Below, in pieces: positions 54,063-64,000 of a stretch of DNA of 64,000 nucleotides; within the stretch, counting starts at the first letter, position 1; every line of letters begins with the position of its first letter. Under the pieces are notes generated by a model that worked only from the letters and a program-made list of their open reading frames with translations, was not told the origin of the DNA and did no database searches. Location: contig NIVC01000269.1 of assembly GCA_002269645.1 (NCBI GenBank), forward strand, positions 558,001 to 622,000, given 5' to 3'. A program made the translations under genes and the position numbers. This stretch comes from Macrostomum lignano (taxonomy: Eukaryota).

Positions 54063-56157
54063 GTTTTTTTTAATACCTGATTAAATTTTCAAAAGTAAAG
54101 TTTTATGATTTAGACAAATAAATAAGATTTGTCACTTGAAAAAGAAAAATATTATATAAACATCTTTCAAATTCTCACTGGAATCCCTATCCTATCTATC
54201 ACTCTACCTGCCTTAGCTGACTACCAAAGCTGGCAGACTGCAGAGGAGAGTTGCACCTAACCTAAATAAGCCTAAAAGGGTAGGGTTAAGCCATAAAATC
54301 TAATATGCAATAGAATAGATTCCATTTAGATATAAGCCTAATAGTTGGCGTGGCATATATATAAACATCATAATAGTCAGTACATTTATATTTTCAATAG
54401 GGGCCTATAGTAAAAAAATGGCAATCGTAAAGAAGCGCATGTTTAATTATTTTTCAACTTAAATGAACATCAAAGCATATTTATTGCGATGGTAGACTGT
54501 CGCAGTCCAGTTTTCACCACAATCATTGACCCCTTTGGCAAACAGGGCATTTCGGAGGTCGACGAGGGCGCGGCGACGAGGGCGCGACCGCGACACCATT
54601 GAGGACCGAACGTTTCTACGAAAATTTACTTCTAAGAAGTGTACACGTTTTAAACAAATTTGACATAGCATTACCACTTCTCACGTTCTCTGGCTGTAAT
54701 AATCAGCAGCAATTTGCTGAGTTGCCGTAATTTTTGGTTAAAAAACACCAGTTGAACGATATGCCGGTTGATGAAATGCCGATAGACGAAATGCCGCGGT
54801 TGACGAAATGTCTTGGAACCCCGCATTTATGCTTGCCCACCGACCGACCGATGTTTTCCCGCCGGTGTTTGCTTGCCGACCGCACACTTGCCCGCCACAA
54901 GACATAATGTACGTATACGTAGATCGATTTCAGCCTACTACTACCCGAGTCTACATGTAGCTTCTTAGAAATTCTATAAAACGGGATGTATATACATATT
55001 TTTCTCCCCTAAAGGGAACCTAAATATATGTACATGTACGTAAATAATAATTTATATAGCTATAGTTAATTCAACACTATTATCGGCCTATATAGGCTTC
55101 GATAAAATTGACGAGCGGTAATATGGTTGGAACAATTGTGTTAAGCGACCTTGAATACATGTTCATGTACATAATGTACACCGACTGACATTGCATCTCC
55201 AATTACTGAATCAGATTAAAAAAATGGAGTAGCCTTCATGCGCAAAGAAGTACATGATGTATTTCAAGGTGGGCATGATCGCGACGGCCCTCAATTGTAT
55301 GTAATTTGGGCCCAACTCACAGCAGGTTTGTAATAGATACTCGATCGATCCTACCATAGTTGTTTTCAACTTTAGCAGTTCCCCAAAAACTAAAACCTTT
55401 TGCCGTCCCACACACGTTTTCATGTACTTCAAGTACGTGCCGGATAGTGTCCAAGGACCACTGTAGCTATATATTACAGTGGTCCTTGATAGCGTCACAT
55501 GCATGCAGCTGGGGGGGGGCGGTAAGGAGAAGCGAATGAACCATTTTTATGAATATCCTGTACATGCACTACACTGAGTATACTAATTATTGTTTAATGC
55601 ACCAACTACCACACTGTATAGTACATTTAATTCGTTCACTCGACGTAACGCGTACAGTAACTGGCATGCAATATCAGGATTTAGCGTGTATTTATCATTG
55701 CGTAAATGGACTTAAGAAAACATTTTCTCAATGCCGTTTCAACTGTCACAAACGGAATCCCAAAACAGTGACGAAATTCATACGTACATGAACACAGCAG
55801 CTTCGCAAATACAGTGTATTCGCAGCTCAGCGGGTTAACGCGTCCGCCCCTATACTCGCTCCAAAGTTAGCTCATGTATAATTAATTTTGCTGCACTGTA
55901 CATCGATCGCATATGGGTCGCAGCTTCCTGCAGTAGATATCTTGATGAATTGATGAACTTGATATCTTGATGACGGTCAGCATTATAACTCTTATGATGC
56001 TACACAAATGCTACCCCTACTGTATATTTTTATGTCTCTCTGGCATTTCTAGCATTTTTGTATGTTTTTCAGAGTTTGCCTATTCTTTGTGGTTTCCGCC
56101 CCTTTCTTGCGGCATTCGGTGCCTGTCCTCTCTTGTCTTCTGGTTTTCCTGCGTTGA

Positions 56158-56735
56158 CCCAACGAATCCTTTCAACAACCAACCATCAGGCCCAGCCAAT
56201 CCTTCAAACAACAAACCAGCAGATCCAACCAATCCCTCAAACAACCCAACCAGCAGACCCAACCAATCCCTCAAACAACCCAACCAGCAGGCCCAACCAA
56301 TCCCTCAAACAACCCAACCAGCAGGCCCAACCAATCCCTCAAACAACCCAACCAGCAGGCCCAACCAATCCCTCAAACAACCCAACCAGCAGGCCCAACC
56401 AATCCCTCAAACAACCCAACCAGCAGGCCCAACCAATCCCTCAAACAACCCAACCAGCAGGCCCAACCAATCCCTCAAACAACCCAACCAGCAGGCCCAA
56501 CCAATCCCTCAAACAACCCAACCAGCAGACCCAACCAATCCCTCAAACAACCAACCAGCAGGCCCAACCAATCCCTCAAACAACCAACCAGCACACCCAA
56601 CCAATCCCTCAAACAACCAACCATCAGGCCCAACCAATCCTTCAAACAACCAACCATCAGGCCCAACCAATCCTTCAAACAACCAACCATCAGGCCCAAC
56701 CAATCCTTCCAACAACCAACCAACAGACCCAAACC
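56158..56735. repeat. 33/34-bp minisatellite (CAAACAACCCAACCAGCAGGCCCAACCAATCCCT)n
   Basis: Direct reading. Explains ORFs 55967..56827 and 56058..56774. Confidence 0.94.
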
Positions 56736-56845
56736 ATCACTGCGCCTCAGGCTGTATGTCGTCCACCGAATTAACCAGCACGTATCAGTGTACTGGCTCG
56801 TTCACAGCGGCTTCACCGACGGCCTAAGCTTGATTTACCTGTCCT

Positions 56846-57302
56846 GAGACCGTCCTGTTGTACAACGCCGAGACCAGGCTGGACGCTGACGGACTCGCTC
56901 GCAAAGCAAGTTGATGCGGCGCACGCTGGCCTGCTACTCGCTGCCTTCAAGATCGGCTACGAGCGAGTCACCAATGCGGCATTCTATCGCCGCACCAGCC
57001 TGTCCCGTTACAGCAAACTGTTGCTCCATCGGCGACTCCAGCTGCATGGCAGACCAAATCATCTGAGCCGAGCTCTACTGCCCGCAGTCGGTGCAGGAGA
57101 TGCTGTTGCTGACGCTGCAGCCACCGATACGCCAAATGAGACAGGCACGCATTTGGCGTTTCTCCGACTTCCTGCTGGCTGATGCTGGCGCTCCGGACAC
57201 TGCCGGCGGTGTGGCCTACGTTGATGGTGCTAACGCCCTGAAACGCGCATTTTGACATAGTCTTTGCCTCTCGTAACTCGCTTGACTGGCTGGAAACGTA
57301 TT

Positions 57303-57364
<62 letters not shown>

Positions 57365-57365
57365 G
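56846..57365 (+). mobile_element. Decayed 5'-truncated RTE-like non-LTR retrotransposon 3' end with (TTG)n tail
   Basis: Frameshifted translation ETVLLYNAET(W)TLTDSLAKQVDAAHAGLL.AAFKIGYERVTNAAFYRR...LLLTLQ...LLADAGAPDTAGGVAYV resembles the post-RT region of RTE-clade LINEs (VLLYxxETWTL). It is followed by a short 3' UTR and a trinucleotide tail at 57302-57365. Confidence 0.75.
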
Positions 57366-58124
57366 CTGCTGCTGCTGTTTGCTTTGCTTTTGCTTTTGCT
57401 TTGCTGCAGGCTAGCACCTCGCGTGGCACAAGGTCGCGCGAGCCAGTGCAACCACGCCGGCCGGATCCGAACCCAGGGCCGACAGCGGGGGCCGAGGAGT
57501 ACCAAAAATCTGCGTCCGCCTGGTGTGCTGCTGCTGTTGTTGTTGTTGCTGTTGTTGTTGTTGTTGTTGCTGTTGTTGTTGTCGTTGTTGTTGTTGTTGA
57601 TTTGCTGCTCGACCAGCATGCTTTCCTCTGACCGTGGCCAATTGAAAACGAGTATTAATCGTCTTCAACTCGGACCGCCACCCTACGTCGATTCTTTGAA
57701 CGCTGTTCCTAACCACCGATTACAATGAGCAAGTTTAAATCGACGTCGTTTAAAACGGAACCTGCATGATGGTTCCAGACCGACAGTTCAGATCAGGCTT
57801 GTCGGACTGTTGATGCCTCCGAGTTGTTCGAATTGCGACCTGAAAAACTCGACAAAATTCAGGTGCTTCGACTCTGAGTAGTCATAATCTAAACCGAGAT
57901 GTTTTACTTCATCTCATGTTATTCATAACGAACTAAAGCAAATTACCTGAATTTTGAAGGTTGCTGTATTCTGATGCAATAATTATGTTGCATCTTCAGT
58001 ATATTCAATAATATAATTTTAAAAACTGTTCACGATGATTAATTTCTGTAGACATGGCAAAGGATCGAAAATTACACTCGGTTGTCATACCGTGTCTCTA
58101 GAACGTCTCTGCATTGGCTCTTCA

Positions 58125-58428
58125 ACGTCTCTGCATTGTATCTAGAACATCTCTGCATTGTATCTAGAACATCTCTGCATTGTATCTAGAACATCTCTGC
58201 ATTGTATCTAGAACATCTCTGCATTGTCTCTAGAACATCTCTGCATTGTATCTAGAACATCTCTGCATTGTATCTAGAACATCTCTGCATTGTCTCTAGA
58301 ACATCTCTGCATTGTATCTAGAACATCTCTGCATTGTCTCTAGAACATCTCTGCATTGTCTCTAGAACATCTCTGCATTGTATCTAGAACATCTCTGCAT
58401 TGTCTCTAGAACATCTCTGCATTGTCTC
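58125..58428. repeat. 22-bp minisatellite (TGTATCTAGAACATCTCTGCAT)n
   Basis: Direct reading. Lies just downstream of the CNBD gene stop codon. Confidence 0.95.
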
Positions 58429-58487
58429 TGGTCTCTTTTGAACTTCTTTAGAAATTTTTCGAGAATATCTTCAAGTTCGCAATCAGA

Positions 58488-61400
58488 TCAGTCCTGCTCC
58501 GAATTCAATTCGATGTCATTAGGCGAATCAAGCTCATCTGTGGGCTCAGCGGCCGTCTCTGAAGAGGTTTTCCGTCGACTGTTGTACATGCTGATGAATC
58601 GCTCGCCAGAAGTTTTCTTGGCGCTGAGCCACAGTCTGCCAGCCATCAAAGCATTTCGTCGTTCTGAAGCTGACAGAGCTGACTGCTGCGGCTGTTGTGG
58701 CTGCTGCTCATGATGCTCATAATGGTCGTGATGAGGAGTCTCTTCCTGCAGAGGCTAAAAGTCAATTATGAGAGATTTTCGTTAGGCATTGAGGCTGATC
58801 GTACAGACCCATTGGGTCAGCTATTTCTAAACTGAATGGAGTACAAGCATTTTACCTCACTGGTGTCGACAAATTTGGCTGCATTGCGACGTTTCTGAGA
58901 CTTCTGGAATTCAGTTACAGTGTAGAATACATGTAGGTTTCAAACGGGCTTGCTGTGATTTGAGTAAAAAGCTGGAAATACATTTAGTTGTTAAAGTGCT
59001 ACATGAATAACTATTTTTGGTATGTTGTCTGTTCTTAAGGAATGTATGGGTGAGTCCTGAGGAGTGTTAGGGGTGATTCCTGAGGAGTGTAGGGGGTGAT
59101 TCCTGAGGAGTGTAGGGGGTGATTCCCTGAGGAGTTCAGGGGGCGATTAATGAGGAGTCTTAGGGGTGATTCCTGAAGAGTGTAGGGGGTAATTTTTGAG
59201 GACTGTAGGGGGTGATTCCTGAGGAGTGTCGGGGGTGATTCCTGAGGAGTGTAGGGGGTGATTCCCTGAGGAGTGTAGGGGGTGATTCCTGAGAGTGTTG
59301 GGGGTGATTCCTGAGGAGTGTTGGGGGTGACTCCCGAGGAATGTAGCGGGCGATTAATGAGGAGTCTTGGGGGTGATTCCCTGAGGAGTGTTGGGGTGAT
59401 TCCTGAGAGTGTTGGGGGTGATTCCTGAGGAGTGTAGGGGGTGATTCCTGAGAGTGTTGGGGGTGATTCCTGAGGAGTGTTGGGGGTGATTCCCTGAGGA
59501 GTATAGGGGGCGATTAATGAAGAGTGTAGGGGGTGATTCCTGAGGAGTGTAGGGGGCGATTCCTGAGGAGTGTATGGGGTGTTTCCTGAGGAGTGTAGTG
59601 GGTAATCCCTGAGGAGTGTTGGGGGCGATTCCTGAGGAGTGTAGGGGGTGATTCCTGAGGAGTGTAGGGGGTGATTCCTGAGGAGTGTAGGGGGTGATTC
59701 CTGAGGAGTGTAGGGGGTGATTCCTGAGGAGTGTAGGGGGTGATTCCTGAGGAGTGTTGGGGGTGATTCCTGAGGAGTGTAGGGGGTGATTCCTGAGTCG
59801 CTCAATCAGCACCCACCTGCCCGATTTTCTCGAGCTCCTTATCGCTTAGTTTCACTCCTCCGTTGAGGCCTCTGCGATTCGCTTCATCCGCAGCCGCAGC
59901 CGCCGCCGCTGCTTCCGCTGCCGCCGCGGCTTCGTCACCTTCAGTCCGTCGGTCCAGCCGGTTCAGTCGACGTCGGAGCAGGTGCAGCCTCAGGCGATGG
60001 AAGGCGAGGCCGGTGGCCGCCACGCGACGGTCCTGCTCGAGGCCGCTTTCGCTGTCAGGGCAGACAGAAGGGAATGAAACTTGGCGTTTTGTCAAAATGT
60101 AAACTACACCGTAGCCAATGTAAACTACACCGTATCCAATGTAAACTACCCCGCATCTAATGTAAACTACCCCGTTTCCAATGTAAACTACCCCGCATCC
60201 AATGTAAACTACCCCGCATCTAATGTAAACTACCCCGTTTCCAATGTAAACTACCCCGTATCCAATGTAAACTACCCCGTAGCCAATGTAAACTACCCCG
60301 TTTCCAATGTAAACTACCCCGCATCCAATGTAAACTACCCCGCATCTAATGTAAACTACCCCGTTTCCAATGTAAACTCTTCCGTATAACAATGGAACTC
60401 GATGCATTGCTAATAGGGCATCTATCTGCTATTTTTAGACGATCAAATCTCGCTGACATTCGCTGAAGCATGTAAGTGGATCTAAGCTAAAACAAAATAG
60501 CTGCAACAGAGCCATAGCTTCTCAACCTGTGGTCTCCTGCGGCACCCAGAGCGGCGTCTGCAGCGCTGCCAATCCGCAGACTCCGGACTCGGTCAGCCTG
60601 CTGCCTGGCTGCCGACTTCGCTCTGGCAATGAACTCGCCCGTGTCAGTCGGCGAGTAGTGATCGTTCGCCTGCGGTGGGCGGTGAATGCGGACTACTGTG
60701 AGTGACTACTGCGCTGTGAATACTGTGGGGGCCTCCCTCAATTACCCCTGCTGGCACCCATTTTACAGCTGGGTGAACTGAAGCAATGCAGAGTTAAGTG
60801 TCTTGCTCAAAGACACAAATTGTTCCGAGTAGGGTTGAGAATCGAACCCCCGACCTTTAAGTGGTGAGTCCGATGCTGTAACCACTAGGCTAACCCCCTC
60901 TGCAATACACTGTAAATATCACATACGAAGTAAGTGAGACAAAAATGGCCCTTTTCACTTTCTGACGAAGAAAACTCACCAGATCCTCATTGTGGGTCTC
61001 GGCTGCAAAGATCCAGCCCTGCTTCAACTTGTTCTCATAGTCTTTGTTTGCAAAGCGACGGTGAATCTCTCTCGAATCGATGGACGAAGTGCTGCTTTTC
61101 TGTTTTGCTGTCTGTCAGTGAGTCGGATGAGCGATTGTTGGATTAGGTATTGATTTTTAAGAGTTCATAAGGCTATGAGTTCATGAGGAACTTCATGAGT
61201 GAGTTCATAAGTGAGTTCATGAGGTTATGAGTTAGTGAGAGACCTCATGATTGAGTTCTTAGTTCTTAGTGATTTTACGAGGTATGAGAAAGTTCATTAG
61301 AGGGTTTATGAGTGACTTCATGAGTGAGTTCATGAGTAGGATCATGAGTGAATTCATGAGTGAGTTGCCAATATCAACAGAGCCCCACCAATAGGAATTG

Positions 61401-63813
61401 CGTCACAGTTCCTGACAGCAGTTTTCGCTTCTGTCCATCGCCGGTGATTTTGGCAGTCCCCATCGCTGCAGACAGCGGCTTTGTCTCAGCCGTCCTGAGT
61501 ACGCGAGATCCAGCTGGCGATGCAGTCTGTTGGACAGGACATCCTGGCGGTTTTGTATTGTAATATTTTCCCCATTAAAAAACTTCTACGAGTATTTGAT
61601 AAGGGAGCAATCTACCTACAGCAAATGATAGACTTCTTACTTTTTTGTTTTCCGCTGTTGATTTTGGCTTGAATTTCGCCTTCAATGAACTCCATATGGC
61701 GCTTCTTGAAGGTCAAGTTTAGCGACGAGCTGAAATACGGGTAGTAAGAATTAAATATGCCGCTTTTGTACGAGCTTTTTTTTAAGCTGCTGTCACTTCA
61801 AGGTTGACAAACTTAGCAGCAACTCACTGAAGAGCAGGGCTTACAGGAACTACCGAATCCCAGCAACTACCCAATCCCAGCAACTACCCAATCCCAGAAA
61901 CCTCCCAATCTCAGCAACTACCCAATCCCAGCAACTACCCAATCTCAGAAACAACACAATCTCAGAAACAACCCAATCCCAGCAACTACCCAATCCCAGC
62001 AACTACCCAATCTCAGTAACTACCCAATCCCAGCAACTACCCAATCTCAGCAACTACCCAATCTCAGCAACTACCCAATCTCAGTAACTACCCAATCTCA
62101 GCAATCACCCTCCAAGCTATAACACACAACTACTCAACAAAAACCCTTTTAAAAACAACCCACTCTGAAGCGAACCCCTTAGCAATAAACCACTCACCAC
62201 CTACGAGCGTAGCAACAACCGTACGAGAAACAACATTACACAGCCTATTTAATTTAGCACTGAGCCGCCAACAGCCGCAGTCTAATCCCAAAGCACTCAC
62301 GGAGCCGACTGAATCCTCTTGATCCGGCTGAGTTTCTCTCGCCTACCTTCGACCAGCGAAGCCGCAGTCTCGCACCTGTACGCCTCCCAGGTGCGCACAG
62401 CCGATCGACGTTGGCGTAGTTGAGCATCCGTTGGCACGGTGCCAGCGTGTTCTCGTACGAGTCTGCTCAGATTCTGGCGACCCAGAACGGTGAGCTGGTT
62501 GCGGTGCAGCCGGTAGACGGTGACGTGAGATTTTGTGCACACAGACAGGCTCGACTCGCAGCCTTGTAGAGGGCTTTCCTCTCCGAACATGTCGCCTGAA
62601 GTTGCAGGTAATGCAGAAACTTAAAAGCATACTCCAAAGCAGGGGGGCGGCAAATTCCGTCCAAGGAAGACTCTCTACGAGTATCCGACCCTCGGGTCCT
62701 TTGGAACTTCACAATAGCAATCTGGCCCGCTCAATGTATCTCTTCTCAGCGCCCTCTCAATTCTCTCTAATCTCCTCTCATGATTCACATAGGATGTACA
62801 CGAGTCCTATTTGAGTCATGCATCCTATGTCGACTGCCACTTTGATTAGCAAGCTAACAAACAAACTAAAGAATAGTTCTTCAGAACCCAGTTTTACCTT
62901 TGTCAAAAGTACTCAGAGCAAACGCTTCGGTCTTCTCTTGGCCGTCCTCCTGAAAGCTCAACATCCGGTACGCTTGACACCTGCCGGAGGTGAGAAAGTA
63001 CAACCAGTCGTTACGCTCGCCCTGTTTCAGCACCAGCGAGTCGGGACGCAGGTTCTCCTTCACCAGATGGGGCACCAGGGCCTCTTTCTCCGACACTGGC
63101 AACTGGCTGAGAAAGTTCCACTCGGCATTGAGGAAATCGATTGTTTCGCTACGCAGTTGCGCCTCGATGTTGCGCATCAGGGCGTGGAACTTGGCCCGAT
63201 CGACGCGCAGCAGCTCGCAATCGGTCTTACAGTACAGCGTCGCCGGCGGTGCCAAATCGCCTTGGTCCTCGTCGCCGTGGCTGAGCAGGCCGAGGTACTC
63301 GCCCATGCCGTGAGTGTACACGATGTTGGGCTGGAACATCTGCTGCGACACCGTCACTCTGTCGTCGTCGTCAGCCGGTGCCGCTGGCTCGTACGTGGCC
63401 TCGAGGCTGCCGTGCAGGATGTAGTAACAGGAGAACTGCTCCTCGTGCGGTCGCTTCTGCAAGTAGTCGAACGCTTTGTACACCTCATGCGTCAGACTGT
63501 TGGCGATGGCCAGCTTCACGTGACTCCTGCCCCGATGAATCAGGCGCAAGCTGTCAATAATATTTTTCAATACTAGACGTTCGGAGTCGCTCAAGTGGAA
63601 TTTGTGCTCCCGTTCCAGCTGCTCATTTCGCTTCATCACTCGCGCGGCTGTGGCCGTGATAGCAATGCTGCCGACGCCGAAGATTCGTCGGTTGAAGATC
63701 GGCGGCCCCTGACTGTCGCGACCGCCGCTGCGCTGTTTCTCCTCTTCGCGCGCTTTCGCCGTGGCCTCAATGAACGACTTGCGCTCGTTGAGGCGCTGGA
63801 GCAAGCCAAGCAT
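58488..63813 (-). CDS. Tandem cyclic-nucleotide-binding (cNMP) domain protein, CNBD1/CNBD2-like, with a long low-complexity C-terminus. Exons 63813-62898, 62595-62301, 61729-61641, 61543-(61407 or 61389), 61111-60980, 60669-60527, 60051-59817, 58903-58856, 58745-58488
   Basis: cNMP-fold motifs YYILHGSLE...GEYLGLL...PPATLYCKTDCELLRVDRAKF and LVLKQGERNDWLYFLTSGRC...G|DMFGEES. All nine exons join in phase with GT-AG sites and end in TGA at 58488. The exon 4 donor is ambiguous, and the 5' end may be extended by an upstream exon. Confidence 0.82.
59050..59795. repeat. 23-bp minisatellite (GGGGGTGATTCCTGAGGAGTGTA)n, CNBD intron
   Basis: 23-bp period, beginning about 20 nt from the 59816 donor. Confidence 0.94.
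60096..60378. repeat. 21-bp minisatellite (AATGTAAACTACCCCGTATCC)n, CNBD intron
   Basis: 21-bp period, giving 7-aa periodic ORFs. Confidence 0.94.
60727..60898 (-). mobile_element. tRNA-derived CORE-SINE, copy 2 (best preserved head and core)
   Basis: Minus strand: A-box TAGCCTAGTGGTTAC, B-box GGTTCGATTCT, then GTGTCTTTGAGCAAGACACTTAACTCTGCATTGCTTCAGTTCACCCAGCTGTAAAATGGG, which aligns to the recalled MIR CORE consensus. Confidence 0.87.
61852..62103. repeat. 17-bp minisatellite (CAGCAACTACCCAATCC)n, CNBD intron
   Basis: Direct reading. Confidence 0.92.
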
Positions 63814-64000
63814 GCTTATAGAGAGAGACGCTACCTCAGTGACATGACAGTCGCAGCGACAGGCATGTTAGCGATAGCGATCTTTACAGTCAGTGAATGG
63901 GGACGAGAACAGGTGCTATAAAGGGGAGCAGGTGGGGTTAGGGCTTCCCTAGCTACTTCAGACTACCTGTTCCCCAAGCTGCAAACTCTTTTTCCCTATC

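Noticed and set aside
54755-54820. Short GA(C/T)GAAATG(C/T)C repeat cluster, possibly a transposon end
   Set aside because: No partner TIR or TSD found in the window.
57230-57728. Poly-Asn, poly-Gln and poly-Leu ORFs
   Set aside because: Generated by trinucleotide tracts and partly overlapping the LINE tail. No splice-consistent gene model found.
60780-60898. tRNA gene (also 23537-23610)
   Set aside because: A and B boxes are present but there is no complete cloverleaf, and they continue into a CORE domain. These are SINE heads.

Overview
Eukaryotic (metazoan) genomic DNA: GC-rich spliceosomal exons in AT-rich introns, with roughly 30% of the window (hand estimate) made of more than 25 unrelated micro- and minisatellites. 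A Macrostomum-type free-living flatworm is my inference, from the repeat landscape and a recalled RTE-LINE C-terminus; it is not verified. Hand-built gene models: (1) RREB1/hindsight-type C2H2 zinc-finger gene, + strand, 842-6062, 5' incomplete; (2) an uncharacterised Cys-rich 3-exon gene, - strand, 13907-10425; (3) a classical calpain (CysPc, C2L, penta-EF), + strand, 9 core exons, 19158-39135, with several candidate frame-preserving microexons; (4) a small single-pass membrane protein, - strand, 44865-44410; (5) a tandem cyclic-nucleotide-binding-domain gene, - strand, 9 exons, 63813-58488. Mobile DNA: a young 6.08-kb Ty3/Gypsy-derived LTR element (997-bp LTRs, GTAC TSD, tRNA-Leu PBS, short gag, no RT/IN core, an accessory non-env ORF) nested in a TIR element with an AGAA TSD; a diverged related solo LTR carrying a hAT-type MITE; a second hAT-type MITE; three tRNA-headed CORE-SINE copies; and an RTE-like LINE 3' remnant. 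Best leads: PBS copies embedded in the LTR U5 and conserved in the diverged LTR, the LTR accessory ORF, the calpain microexon clusters, and a tandem array of CTCF-like motifs upstream of an RREB1 exon. Most long ORFs in the supplied track are tandem-repeat artefacts. All coordinates and splice models were derived by eye.
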